The notes beneath the pieces are model-generated. The model saw nothing but the letters and a program-made list of their open reading frames with translations, did no database searches and was not told where the DNA came from. Made by a program: the position numbers and the translations under genes. A DNA stretch of 64,000 nucleotides from the NCBI RefSeq assembly GCF_009914755.1, contig NC_060931.1, one strand, 5' to 3'. Positions 17,881-32,380 of this stretch are shown here, piece after piece. Source of the DNA: the human T2T-CHM13v2.0 reference genome, Homo sapiens. Each line of letters begins with the position of its first letter. Position 1 is the stretch's first letter.

Positions 17881-19063
17881 TTGCTTCTTGAGGAAGTCAT
17901 GACCATATTTTAGAAAAATAGCTCCACAGCTGTGTGGAGGATGAATTGGAGGAGACCAGAGGCAGACAGACAGTGAGGAGGCCCTTTCAGCAGTCCAAAT
18001 GAAAGCAAATACAGGAACAAACTCAATGGGATCTAATAAACAAATGGAGCAGGGAAAGGGCAGAACAGGAAATAACTGAGGCTGCTAACTTGAATAACTG
18101 GGCAGATGGTGATGCCAATATAAGAGACAGAAAAACAAAGGAAAAGATATGAGATGGGTCAGGGGTAGAATAAGGAATAATGGTCTTTATTTGAGGCCAA
18201 ATGGTTTGAAATATGAGGGACGTTCAAGTAGAGAGGTCTGGCAAGCAGCTAGAAAATCAGACCTGAAGTGTGGGAGAGGTCAAGCTGAAGACAGAGATGG
18301 ACCGCTACTCTTGAAGGTAGCAAACGTTAACTTCAGCTCTCCTCACCCGCATGGGGTCTTCCAAGCACCTGGCAAGGGCCTTAGCAATATGTTCATGTTG
18401 TCATGTTTCTTTTTTGTAAAAATTTCAAAAGTAGGTTATTTTTGATGTGATTAAGACCAAGACTGTTACCTCTTTCCACCCTAACATCTTCTTCACACTT
18501 CCCCCCAGGTCAGGTGGCACTGGAGTCCTCTAGGCATTTTGGGGGACCTGTTTAGGGGCAAGATAAGTTTGAGATACAATATAGGTTGGGCTTCATGGGA
18601 TACATTTAGGGGAGTTCCGTGTGTAACTAAGTTATTGCTAGCCATCCTAGCATAGACATTTTCTTAAAGAGTACTCCTGTGTTAAATTATATAAACTTCA
18701 AGCACCATGAAACCTAGAAGTGTCCCTGAATAAAGTCGGAGATGATAACTTGACATAGATGACAAGTGAAACTGACAAGATCACACAAGAAGAAGATGTA
18801 GCAAGAAAAGATGGCCAAGAATGGAACCTTCAGGAACCCACATTTAAGAGGAGGGTGGAAGAGAGCCAGATGCAGAAAGATTTATCAGCTAGAAAAGCCA
18901 TGAGGGCATAAGAGTCTGGGAGTCAAAGGATGAGTGGTTTCATGATGGAGGGGCAGGTAGAACGAACATCAAATGCAGGAGAGGAACTGTTGAACTTAGT
19001 AGGTGTGTAGAGATGGGCTGAGTCACTAGGAGGTAGGAAACTTGAGGCAATGAGTATAAATTA

Positions 19064-19356
19064 CTTTTTTTTTTTGAGACAGAGTCTCACTTCATCACCC
19101 AGGCTGGAGTGCAGTGGTGTGATCTTGGCTCACTGTAACCTCCGCCTCCCAGGTTGAAGTGATTCTCCTGCCTCAGCCTCCCGAGTAGCTGGGATTACAG
19201 GTGCCTGCCACCACGCCCAGCTAATTTTTGTATTTTTAGTAGAGATAGGGTTTCACCATGTTGCCCAGGCTGGTCTCGAACTCCTGACTCAAGTGATCTG
19301 CCCACCTCAGCCTCCCAAAGTGCTGAGATTACAGGTGTGAGCCACTGCGCCCGGCC
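19064..19356 (-). mobile_element. AluS
   Basis: TSD AGTATAAATTACTTTT. Confidence 0.94.
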
Positions 19357-19423
19357 AAGTATAAATTACTTTTTAAAGAAAGAATATCCCATTTGCTACA
19401 TCCGGGGTATCCCACGTAGTTCT

Positions 19424-20095
<672 letters not shown>

Positions 20096-20799
20096 AATAC
20101 AGTCCTGTAGATACAAACTTGTTCAAGAATGTCTTTAAGAAGCTTACCCAGTGCAAGGGGAGAAGTGGAATTCACATCAGGTAGAAGAGCAGGGAAGGTT
20201 TCACTAAAGAGACTGCATTTCAGGTAGGCCCAGAAGGACGGGTTATATTTGGGTAAGCAGTGACTGGAGAAGAGCAATTTCTGTGGAAGTTACAGTTGGA
20301 TGAGGAAATGCATGGAGCCTAATCAGGCATTCATAGGAATCTAGTTTGGATCTGGTATGATAAGCATAAGAAACCAGAGGGACTGATCCATTAGAGCCAA
20401 AGTGTAGAGAATGCTTCAGTATTAGGAATGAGGTGTTTGAGATTCTTTTAGGAAGCAGAGAATTACAAAAGGTCTTTGAGCAGGAAAGTGGAATGACTGA
20501 ATTTCATAGTACAAACAATCCCATTAGTGCATGCGTTGGGTTCTAACCACTTTCAGTATAATATGTGCCACGCACTGTGCTAAATGTTGTAGATATAATG
20601 ACAAAAGACACAGCGTCTGAATTCAAGGAGCTCACAATCTGTGAGGAAGTAGGAGATAGAGAAGGGAAAAATTATAATGCAATATAATAACTACATGGTA
20701 CAAAAGAATTACACAAGAAGGACAACTAATCCAGGTGCAGACATGGGGTGGGTTGAGATATGGAGGGTCATAGAAAACTTCCTGGAAAAAGCAATTCTA

Positions 20800-21200
20800 G
20801 GCCAGGCTCAGGGGTGCATTGTAGTCCCCACTACTCAGGAGGCTAAAGCGGTAGGGTCACTTGAGCCCAGGAATTCGAGACCAGCCTGGGCAACATATCA
20901 AGTCTCGGTCTCAAAAAAAAAAAAAAAACACAGAAATACACAACAACAAAGGGAAAAAAGTAGCCTGGGCAACATTGCAGGGAAAAAAGAAAAAAAAGCT
21001 GGGCATGGTGGCACATGCCTGTGGTCCCAGCTACACAGGAGGCTGAGGTGGGAGGATTACTTGAGCCCGGGATGTCAAGGCCACAGTGAGCTGTGATCAG
21101 ACCGCCACACTTCCAGCCTGGGTGACAGAGACAGACCCTGTCTTCAAAAAAAAAAAAAAAAAAAAAAAGAAGAAAGAAAGAAGAAAAAGAGGAAAAAGAA
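20800..21200 (+). mobile_element. FLAM-like monomer followed by truncated AluJ
   Basis: Monomer 20800-20930 with own A tail; second element 20962-21200. Confidence 0.82.
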
Positions 21201-21629
21201 AACAATATTTTAGGACACTTTTCTTTCTCTGAATAATATCTCATAGAAACTAGGTTGAATAATTGGAAAATACATTGCTATTTCATCTCATACAATGTTA
21301 ACGATGGTGTTTAGGTCTCCCAGGTCAGACTCAAAAGGTTAATTCATGACTATCTTACAGCAGTATTTTCTGGATTCCAAAATAAGAGGCCTAGAACTGG
21401 CAATATGCAAGATCTGAAATTGGACAGGTTAAATTTTTAAATCCTTCCTTCTCCTTTTCTTCATTTTCTTCTTTTGCTTAAGGCTCCTCCTCCCAGAACC
21501 TCTGGCCTAAGGCCTTCAGCCTTCCCTGAGGCACTCAAGTGTTTTTCCAAAACTTGATTTGCCCCAAACTTTCTGGGCTTAGGTGCTACTGATCTGCGTT
21601 AAAAGGAAGGCGACGTGGCCACATGAAGT

Positions 21630-21892
21630 ATGGTAATCCCAGCACGTTGGGAGGTCGAAGCAGGAGGATTGCTTCAGCCCAGGAGTTCAAGATCAGCCTG
21701 GGCAACATAGCAAGATCCCATTGCTATAAAAAAGTAAAAAAATTAGCTGGGGATGGTGACAGGTGCTACTCGGGAGGCTGAGATGGGAGGATTGTTTGCG
21801 TCCAGGAGGTCAAGGCTGCAGTGAGCTGTGATCATGTCACTGCATTCCAGCCTGGGCAACAGAGTGAAACCCATCTCAAAAAAAAAAAAAAG
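21630..21892 (+). mobile_element. AluJ-like
   Basis: Diverged dimeric Alu with A tail. Confidence 0.88.
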
Positions 21893-22225
21893 CAACCTGA
21901 TTGAACTAGTTAATGCCAATGTGTGAACAACTATCAAGCACTCCTACCTCCTAGAGCCATTTGCATCTTTAAGAAATGATACTTAAGAATCTTTGGTGGA
22001 ATTCCAGGCAATAAAAACAAGGCCTTTGTGTATTTGTTTACATAGGCAACTTATAAGTCAAGAGTCGAGAGGATGAGGTCTACCAATACTATGTTTCCCC
22101 TTCAGACAGTTTGTGACTTTGGTAAGTGTATTTCTGCATCATACTTTACATCTAGTTACCTCTATTATTACAATCTTGTTTATTTGGCATTTGATGGACC
22201 AAAATTAGCTACAAAATCCTTTTTA

Positions 22226-22423
<198 letters not shown>

Positions 22424-22740
22424 TTAAACTAGGGGACTTAAACACCTACTTCTTCAAAAAGAATTTAAAAATCTAGGTATAAGAAATCGTTCGATTATTT
22501 CATCTCTTTCCAGCTTCCTTTGGATACTAATCTAGTTGAATTACTCTGTATAGTTAGTTATAGCATATACGTAACTACGTTTATAAGCAGAACTATTTTT
22601 TTTAAAAAAATCACAAGTAATGTATATTTCATGATTTGGATTAAATAAACAAGTTTAATTGAAAAATTATCATTGTCATAGGTAATATTTATTAAGGATT
22701 TAACTTACAACAACCTTATATGAGATACTATTATTATTAA

Positions 22741-23018
<278 letters not shown>

Positions 23019-23169
23019 AAGCTACTATTATTATCATCCCTATGTCATAGACGAAGAAACTGAGGCACAGAGAGGTTAAGTAACTTGCTCAAAGTTCCCC
23101 AGATAATAAGCAACGATGCCAGGATATAAACTCTGGCAGTTTCATGTTCCCTCCCGGCTGCTTCCCACC

Positions 23170-23260
23170 TACTTTTGATTCAGTAGATCTGGAACAGGGC
23201 CCTCGGAATTAGTAAAGTCCCCAGCTGATTCTGAAGCAAAGCCAGGTTTGAGAACCATCC
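23170..23260. mobile_element. MER5A-like hAT DNA transposon fragment
   Basis: TGATTCAGTAGATCTGG...TGATTCTGA...GGTTTGAGAACCA. Confidence 0.6.
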
Positions 23261-26200
23261 TGCTAATTCACTTTGCGCTGGATGGCTAGTTACTTACCTG
23301 TGTCTTAGAAATAACAGTTCATATGGTTAATCAAGTAACACCTGTACCCTTTCATTTCAGTAGTAAGCAAATTTGCTTGGAATCTGCTTCAGTGTTCTTT
23401 GGGCACAGTGCTGAGGGGGCAGGTGAACCTTAGGAAATTGTCTCTCACCCCACAGCACAGACCACCTAGTTTAAAGGCACATGTGAACAGGCAATCAGGG
23501 AGAGATCACAAAGCTTGGGTAGAAGGTGTAAGGTGGGCTTCCTGGGAGGGGGTGTGAGCTGGATCTTGAAAAGTGAGCATGATTTGGAGATGGAGGAAAG
23601 AAGTGGGAAATGGTATCTGTTAAGGGAACAACTGAAGGAGGCCCTCATAAATGGCGACTCACAGCTCATCTGTGGGCCAGTGAGTACAACCAACAGGACC
23701 GGATGGCATTGAGAGTTCCTTCTGGGAAGTGGCAGGAAATAAATTTGGAAATGCAAGTTTGGACAAGATCTGGTAAACCTTAAGTGCCAGGTCCAAATTT
23801 GGATTGAACACTATAAACAATATGGAACCACTGAAGCTTGAAAGGACAAAATTATAATGATGAAGGTATCAGTTTAGAAGGAATAATCTGCCATCAGTCA
23901 CGACACAAGTGGAAGGATAAAGAGATAAGAACCAGGAAAAGCATTTAGAAGGCTAAAGGACCAACATAAGTGTGGGAGAATATCTTAGTAAAGGAGTGGA
24001 TATACACAGAATCATGAGTCACTGGGTCAGGTTATGCCACTGATCAGGCTGAGTGATTTGGAGCAAATTGCCTAACATCTCTGAGCCTTAGGTTTTTTCA
24101 TTGAAAAAATGGGTATGATGATGATAATGACTGACCCAAAAGAGGCAAACGATTTCTCTACGATGGTGACAGCTCTGGGATACAAGGTGAACGGGCCAGG
24201 ATTTTGAGTCTGTTTCCAGGTCTGTATGAATTAAAGAATGTGTTATGAATGGCAACAGAGACAACCACTTTGTGGACGATGAGGAAGGGAGGGGAACTAA
24301 TGGTTGGTGAATGTTCCACGAATTATGTGGGAATTATAAATAAATTACTCTTCACACTCTTATGAAGTAGGTATTTTTATCTCAAATTAACAGTTGACCT
24401 TACTAGAGCAAAAGATAGTAATTTGAGTTACTGGATATGACTCAAATTTGGGTAACTAGATACAAACCAAGGTCTAAAATCTAAAACTTGGGCTTTTCCA
24501 GCTAGTACATCATATTTAGATTTGAAAGTTATATTTTATTTCATTGCTTTTGGCCTAATGTTGTAGCCTGTTGAGACTGTTTTGAACTTTGATTCTGACA
24601 TCTATCAAATTAATTATCCCTCCAAACTTTGGGTCATCCGAGAGAGACATCAATTTTGCTGAGTTGGGGGGTAAAGATGGAGGAAGGATGTTTTAAAGTA
24701 GAAAGAGAGCAGCAGGTGGCCTTGACTTGTGAGGTAGGCGGCAAGGTTATCTGCGCAAAGTAAATGCAATCTGGATGTTAAGTGGACGTAAAAGTCGATG
24801 GAATAAATTTGCTGCTAAGAATGATCGTGTAGGCAGGTGGAGAGTAAAGAATAGAAAGGAGTTAAGAACCAGGAATGGAGGCAGTGAGAAGAGAGAGGGT
24901 GGTGTGGGTGGACCAAATACTGCTATTAAGGAAAAAGAGAGGGTGGAGGAAACAAACAATACAGGGAAGGTTGACCCACTCAGCCCTTCTATTCAGCTGG
25001 AGGAAGTCACAGAAAAGGAGGCTATATTGAATGGTAAGATTGGAGAAGACTGGTTAGGGAATAGGAAGATAAGCTGTTGTCTAAAAAACGCAGTCTCCAG
25101 TAAAAGGAAGAAATTGGGACATTTTTTTAAAACCCCACATAGGTACACTGGAAAACATGGGCCACAGGGATAAACCTTCCATTTTTACTTCCAACCTTAC
25201 CATGTGCTCACAAAAAAAGGTGTTAAATACATGTAAGTTTTGACGAGGTTATTTAAAAGTGTAGGATATAAACCAAGAATTTTTCACACCCCAAAACCCC
25301 GCACAAATTAAGGGATTACATATCTGAGTGACAAGTACATACAAACGCATTACTTCTAGAGATACTTAGATGTAGATAAAAGACCACATTTCAATAGAGG
25401 GATCACACAGACCAGTGGGATGTTTCTTCTGAGATAACCCACTTTATGCAGGAAACAGTGTGGACTCTGGGGACGGCCTCTGCTCTGGCTGAGGATTTCT
25501 GTCCCAGAGCGGTACAGGAATCTGCGTAGTGTTTTAGTTTGGAGAAAACAGGAAGTTACACTCATCACATCTTTTGCCCAGATGATAGAATTCGAAATCC
25601 CCCCGGGGTTGTTCATGGAATGAGCCGCTCTGTTATGTTGTGAGCCGTGGTATTAATCAGCCACCCCTCACTAGGTGTTGGGGTTCCACCACGCTTCCTC
25701 CACCCCCCGTCACCACAGCAGCGGGTAGTATTTAGGTTGAATATTCCAAATAGTCAATTATGACAGTTAATTTCAAATGAGATGACTTCGAAGTACACGT
25801 GAAAACAATACTATTTTATATCACGACTCATGCCATCCGTATGTGTAATCAAAGCCTTCTAAGTCTTGATATGTCCTTACAAAGACGAAGGATAGAGTGA
25901 ATGTCAAAATTTGCCAAACAGGAGTTAGTGAAAGTCTGAAGGGGAAAGCCTAGTTAGGTTTTATCTTAGAAGTGATTTTTAAAACGAAACACGCAGATAA
26001 GCTCGAGCTTTCTGGAGCCGATTCCTAAGGCCTTGCAGGTGGTAAGGGGGTCGAGAATTGGCTGAGGTTCCTCGGAAGTCCGCGCCGATTCGGAGGGCCA
26101 CCTCTGACTTTCTGATCTGGGGTGCAACCCCCAGTCCCTGTCCCGGTCGACAAAGGTGTGGAGTCAGGTTCCAGGCAAGCTGGGGGTGGGGGTGCGCACA

Positions 26201-26699
26201 AGGGAGGGGCAGGGGACTGGGACCCCCTCTTCTTCGGGGTGCTTCGGGCCGTTTCTCCAGAGGCTGGTGGTGTCCCCGACCCAAGCACCTCAGCCCCGCT
26301 CGCGAGGTCCGAAGTGGCGGGAACGGGTCCTCCGCGGCGGTCCCAAGGCGAGGGAGGCTGTAAAACCTGGCAGAGAATCCGGCGCGCCGGGTCGGGGATG
26401 TCTCGGGTGCCGGGGGCAGGGGCCGCAGGCTCGCAGGTAGAAGCTTCCCCACGCGAGCGGGGGCCTCGGCCGCGGCAGGGGCGCCCCCGGGGCCGCCGGC
26501 AGCGGCGAGCGGGCGGGAGGGAGCTTTCCGGGCCCCTCCCGCGCCTCGGGCTGGCGGGGCGATGGCGACGACGGTTTCCCGGCTCCCCCGCCCCGGACGC
26601 CGATGGCGGTGCGTTCCGGCCCTCCCCCAACAGCTTCTCCCCCGCGGTCGCCGGAGCCGGTGAGGCCGAGAGGGCGGGGAGCCGCGCAGGGAAGGCGAG

Positions 26700-26925
26700 A
26701 GGGCGGAGGTTGCGTGGTGCAGGCGGCGGCGGCGGGAGGAGGAGGGCCGGGCGGGCAGGGGAGGAGGAGGAGGCGGGCGCCGTGTCGCACGCAGCTCCAG
26801 GCGGGGCAGCCCCGGTAGCTGAGGGACGCAGCTAGACCTTGGCGGGACGGGGCTTTCGCCGGGGCCCAGGCCCAGGGACCAGGCGGAGGCGTCGCGGGAG
26901 CCTTTGGGGCACCACAGAGATGCGG
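26700..26925 (+). other. CUL1: CUL1 non-coding exon 1 (5' boundary/TSS approximate)
   Basis: Lies in the CpG island; ends in consensus U2 donor CGG|GTGAGT (intron from 26926). The TSS cannot be fixed from sequence. Confidence 0.8.
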
Positions 26926-26960
26926 GTGAGTGTCGGCAGCCGCCGGGGCCGAGAGGAGGT

Positions 26961-26978
26961 GGCGGCGGCGGCGGCGGC
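26961..26978 (+). repeat. (GGC)6 trinucleotide tract at start of intron 1
   Basis: GGCGGCGGCGGCGGCGGC read directly; a (GGC)4 also at ~26722. Confidence 0.9.
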
Positions 26979-29900
26979 GCAGGCCCGGCCCCGAGCCGCG
27001 GTGTCGCAGTGACTCGGGCCGCGACGGCCGAAACCAGGCGCCTGGCGAGGCCTGAGCCGCCGAAACGCGGCCGGGCAGAATGGCGGCCGGGCCGGGGGAC
27101 TCGTGGGCGGAGGACGCCGAAGGTGGCAGAGGAGCGAGCGGGGCCGGGCCCTGAGTCACCCCGGACGGGCCGGGGCGGCCAGGCCTGGACTACGCACTGG
27201 GAAAAAGCACGATTCATCGCGCCTGGAGGCGGCGGCCTGGTGGCGCCGGCCCCTTTCCCCGCCGCGACCGGGCTGGGTTCTCGGAGGGTGGGCCGACGTG
27301 TGGCCCGGGGCGGCTCGGGCGTCCGCGCCTCGCCTGGTGAGGCGACCTCCGCAGGACGCCGGGACCCGTGCCCTTGCCCCCTCGCGCCCACGCTTCTTCC
27401 CGGCGCTGCTTTCCGGCCGACGCGTGTTCCCCTGTGAGCTCTGGGCTCAAGCGCAGGAGCAGCCGCGGAGCCGGGCTCTCTCGCTTTCCGGTTCCCTGCC
27501 CGCGGCTCTCGGGTTCCCCGCCTGCATTGTTGCGAACGTGCAGGGCGCTATTATTGGGTAACAGTCGCCCTTTTGCCCCGTTCTCCTGGGAGAGCGGGCC
27601 GGGGCATGCGCGCAGGGATGCTAGCCCGGCGGCCGAACCGGACAGAGCCCCCCGGCGCCCGCCTATCGCTCGCTAGTCGGGCCGGGCCCTGCGCTGCGGC
27701 CTCGGCGCGCCCCCGGTCCCAACGGGAGCGCGCGCCCTGACCCTGAGGGTAGCCGTGCGCCCGCCAGGCCGCTGGGACTTGGGGTCCCCAGACTCGGGGG
27801 TCGTCGCTTTTTTTTCCCTTAAGATCTGAAAGACCCCCGTTTCTGCCACCCGTGCAGTATTGTGTAGCGCAGACATAAGATAAGAAAGAGAGGAATGCTT
27901 GTAGACATTCCTTGAAATGAATCCCCAAAGTTAGGGTTTTCTCCCTGGCTGGCTTTGCCAAAAAGAGGATTCTCTTTTCCGATTGGGTCACTCTTGGTTG
28001 CTTCTGGTTCGTAGTAGGGGTTAGTGGTAAGTGCGCAAATACTGAATTGCAGTCTACTTAAATATTTGTTTGCTCTGTGTAATTGCTCTTTCCTGTAGTA
28101 GCATTAAAATCGTCAAAAGTTCTGAGTGGAGTAAACGATCACACTTTTTGGAATGCACTTAACGAAGCGGCAGAAGAGGAACTAGATTCCTTTTTTACTT
28201 CAAGCCATGAGCTTCTAGGACCTAAGCATAGCTTAACGCCTCGCAGAAGTGTGTGCAGTTTTAAGTTTAACACTTCATTTCATGGTGCACCCGAAAATGT
28301 ACCCGATTTTCTGAAATCCTGGAGAGTGTATTACGTAGTAAAATATGTAATGATGTTTAAAATGTAAAACCAGTCATTCTGTTTGAAAAAGATATTTGGA
28401 GATGAGATTTTTCTTTGTTTAAAGAAGGTTTGTTTTTGGATATTGAAAAATGTTTTACTTGAAGGTTCTATTTGTTGTTTTCCATGGTGAGTCGAAATAG
28501 TTGCGTTACATTTCAAATTCCAAAGCATGCAAACACAAGACTGGCTCGCTTTAACTCTATTAATGCCCATTTTTGGAGGTTTCAGGAGAGTGTTCCTTAA
28601 GCTTGAGAGGGATGGCTGAATTGCTTTCTAAATATGTTAAACTTTTTTTCTCATTGGCTTCATCTTTTAAAAACGATTTTGTCAAAAAACAAACCAAATT
28701 TAGATATGCTAGGGTTTTTCACCAATTTATAAAAGCCTCCCTCCCTGAGAGCCACATGCTCAGGTCCTTATAGCCAGCCCCACCCCCCACTCCTAATGTG
28801 TGTACCACATCAGAAGACAGACACGCATGCCTGAGCTGATTCTGCATGGTTTCCTTAGATATTACAGTTCATTAGACTCTTGCCACTTACTGAATATTAT
28901 CTTCTAGCTGTAATTAACTACATGACAGCCTTATTTCCCATACATTTCCGATTGTGAATTCCTCCAGCGCAGGAGATATTCCTTATTTGTTTTTGCGTCC
29001 CCAGAGTAACAGAACTTGGTTGTGGTGGTGCCTCAGTTGCTTTTTTTTAATGAATGAGTTTTCTGGAATAATTCTAACTTAACGTTTGAAAACATGCCCT
29101 GATTTTTGGCTACAGAAAACACAGTCGTTGTGCTTAAGCCGGTTAAGAATTCAAGCTTTATTATACACTTCTCGAGTAAAATTGATCGTCTCTCTCATCC
29201 CTCCTTTTCTATTCCCCCTTCCCTCTTCACTTCCCTTCTCCCTGAAACACCCCAGTATCTAGTACAGGGCCCTAACAGAAAAATGCCCAGGTTTTCTATA
29301 CCTATGGAAGTCTGGGAAAGTGCCAAGAAAACAGGTTGTGAAACTTTAACTTTTTTCCCCCTTAAAACTAGTTTTAAGGTGTGGATGTTTTTACTTTTTG
29401 TGTTTGGTGTTTTTTTGGAAACACGATCAGGCTTTTCCCCCCAGGTTGAGTATCCAGCCTTGCCTTTGCAATGAAGCAGTTTGGTAGTTAAGGCTCCTCC
29501 TTGTAGATGAGGCAAGCCCCATGGTTCTGCTGGAGTGGGATAGGAAGTTGCTGTAGGAGGAACCATCCCTTGGTCTCTGAGGGCCATTCATCAGAATGTC
29601 ATTCCCAGTATACCCAGTGGTGTCTGTCTTTCAGCATGGAAAATTAAAATGAATGTACTTTAAATTGAGGAGTTGTTACTTGCCATTCTTCAAATTAAAA
29701 ATATTAGGGCCTTAAAAACTTAGGAACTTGGTTTTTTGTTTGTTTTGCTGTTTCAGCCTTCCGTAGGTCCTAAAGCCAGTGACCTTGAGTCATTCTGGAA
29801 TAAAATGTCTTTGGGGGACTGTCAGCTTCATTTTGAACTTGTCTTTTAGGTATGTCTGGAGAAAAGAGTGTTAACCATTTTAAGGGCCAATTCTAAGGTT

Positions 29901-31407
29901 GCCTTGCTTTTTAAAAACATTTGGTAGTTTATCAGTGTGTTTGTTTTGCTTCCAAATGAAGAAATGAGCATTAAATGAAAAATAGATCCTATTTGGATAA
30001 AAGCCTTATGTTTACTACTGAGGACATAATTTCCTGTTTATAGGAGGTTTCCTGTTTATAATATGAAGATTTAGTAAACACACTATAAACAGAATTATTA
30101 TAACATTTAATGACTTAAGTTTTTTATTCACTCATGGAGGTGTTTCATTTCTAAAAATTCCGTGAGGGAGAGAGATTGAAGTCATTTATTTTTGCTTAGG
30201 TATAGAACATCTTGCTTGGGAGAGAAGACATGGAGTCTAGTTCAAGCTTACCTTTGCAGGGCATATATTTCCTCGTTTTTAAAATGAGATGGTTTTTAAT
30301 TGACACTGTTGATTTCCTTAGGCCCCGAAAGTATGTGGATTCCATGGGAATGCCACAGCTTTTAACATTAACAGGATTTTGGAAAAACGGTCTTAAAGAA
30401 CATTAAGTATTGTATTCATGTTTAAAAAGCAGGGTTGTGAAGCCTAAGTTTGATAGTTAAATTTTTTCCCTTGGGAAACTTGGACCAAGTAAGCACTGGT
30501 CTGCCTTTCCTAGTGTTGACTCCATGCTTCAGCGCTATTGCAGTTCCATTCTGGATCTGACTCTTTGCCTTTTCTATCACCTGACGGCTCACACATCACC
30601 ATCTCTGGAAAGCTGGCCCTGATGTCCTGGTCTGGGTTAGGAGCCTTCTCTGGGTTCCCATGTTGTCCTGCCTATGTCACTATCACAGTATTTAACCTTT
30701 TGATTGTAGTTGGTGGTTTCTCCCACCAAACTGACCTCCTTTGGGACAGGGACACTGTGATATGCATCTGTCCCCAGTGCCTAGCATACTGCATGCATCA
30801 ACATTCACATACATCCTTCCACTGGAAATCTTTACAGTGCCCTCTGAAGTGTGGGTACTATGGTTTAACCCACTTTACAGAATATAGGTGAAGGAGCTGA
30901 GACTTTGAGTGGTGCAGGTAAGGGCTAGGAAGGTAGTCAAGCCCGAGTTAAACGGGACAGGATAACTCCGGAGCTCAGGCTTTTAACCAGATGTTCCCTG
31001 AGTGTTTGACTAGTTTATGTGAAGATGGAAGAAGACTAGAAGAGATTAAAATGAAAATGCTTTAAGGACTGATATCTGATCATTATGGCAGAATTCATTA
31101 TGCAGAACTGTGATCCACTACCAAGAATGAGCTTATTCTTCCTGGTCTTTTAGTAACATTGTGGGAGAGTAATTGGGCACTGATAGCATAGACACGAACA
31201 GTTCTGGAACTTTGGGGCTATTGTTAAATTGGGTGTGATGTTATGACTCATTGGCCTTGCAAAAATTTATAAAACCATTCAAGACTGTTCAAATATAACA
31301 AGCTGCAATTTTTTTAAAGGTCTGTGTTAGAAAATACTTCGGAAAATAGATTGTATGAAATGGGTGCAGCCATTTAAAATATGTATAAAGTGTGTATGTA
31401 CTAGTGA

Positions 31408-31720
<313 letters not shown>

Positions 31721-31849
31721 GTGAGGATATTTAAAGTAGTAAAAATGGCTGTCATTTTAGGGGGGTAAGCTTGGGTGCTTTTAAAATATTTTTTCAAGAA
31801 AAAATTTAAGAACCAAAAAGTAACAGCATGGCGATCTCAAGATGGAGAA

Positions 31850-32380
31850 GACCTAGATATAACACCAAGCACGGGAACTGTAAAGGAAAAGATTTGAGTA
31901 CTTTAGAATAATAAAACTTCTCTGTGTTAAAATTCCATAAACAGAATTAAAAGGTGACTGGCAAACAGAAAAATATTGTAACTTACAAGCAAATTTACTT
32001 TCCTTACTGTAAAAAGAGGGCATGTGAACACCACCAACAAAAGCGGCCCCCCCCCCACCCCCGTGGAAAAAAATGGGCAAACTGGTAATTTATAAAAAGA
32101 GGAGCAGGAAACATGAAAAAACTTTCAGCTTTACTAGCAGTACTCCCAGAAATGCAAATCAGTGAGATACTGTTGTTGTTTTTTTAATTGGCGTAGATTA
32201 AAAAATAAACTACTTATGGTGAAGGTATGGAGAAATGAGCTCACTCATACCTTGCTAGAAAGAGTGTAATTTAATATGATTTTTTGAGAGCAAAGTACGT
32301 AACAAAAGCTTGTAAAATATGTATGTGCTTTGAAATAGCTATTCCATTTCTAAGAATTTAGTCTAAGAAAATACAAAAAA
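31850..32380 (+). mobile_element. Highly decayed L1M fragment
   Basis: GAAATGCAAATC..GAGATAC, GGTGAAGGTATGGAGAAATGAG, GCTATTCCATTTCTAAGAATTTA resemble the L1 ORF2 end. Confidence 0.6.

Larger units (their letters stand above)
25990..27850. promoter_or_regulatory. CpG-island promoter of CUL1
   Basis: Abrupt very GC-rich, CpG-dense block. ETS-like CGGAAGT (~26073), E2F-like GGCGGGAA (~26316), YY1-like ATGGCG cores (~26562, 26603, 27080), GC boxes; no obvious TATA. Confidence 0.93.

Noticed and set aside
24775-25173. 132-aa charged ORF upstream of the promoter
   Set aside because: Purine-rich sequence, no clear splice or domain support, likely decayed repeat; not excluded without Ribo-seq.
25979-27391. 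470-aa minus-strand ORF and other long overlapping ORFs in the CpG island
   Set aside because: Pro/Arg/Gly/Ala low-complexity translations in all frames; expected from stop-codon scarcity at very high GC; no recognisable domain.
28465-28492. Possible 22-nt micro-exon (GAAG|...CATG|GTGAGT)
   Set aside because: Weak acceptor; such motif pairs are frequent by chance.
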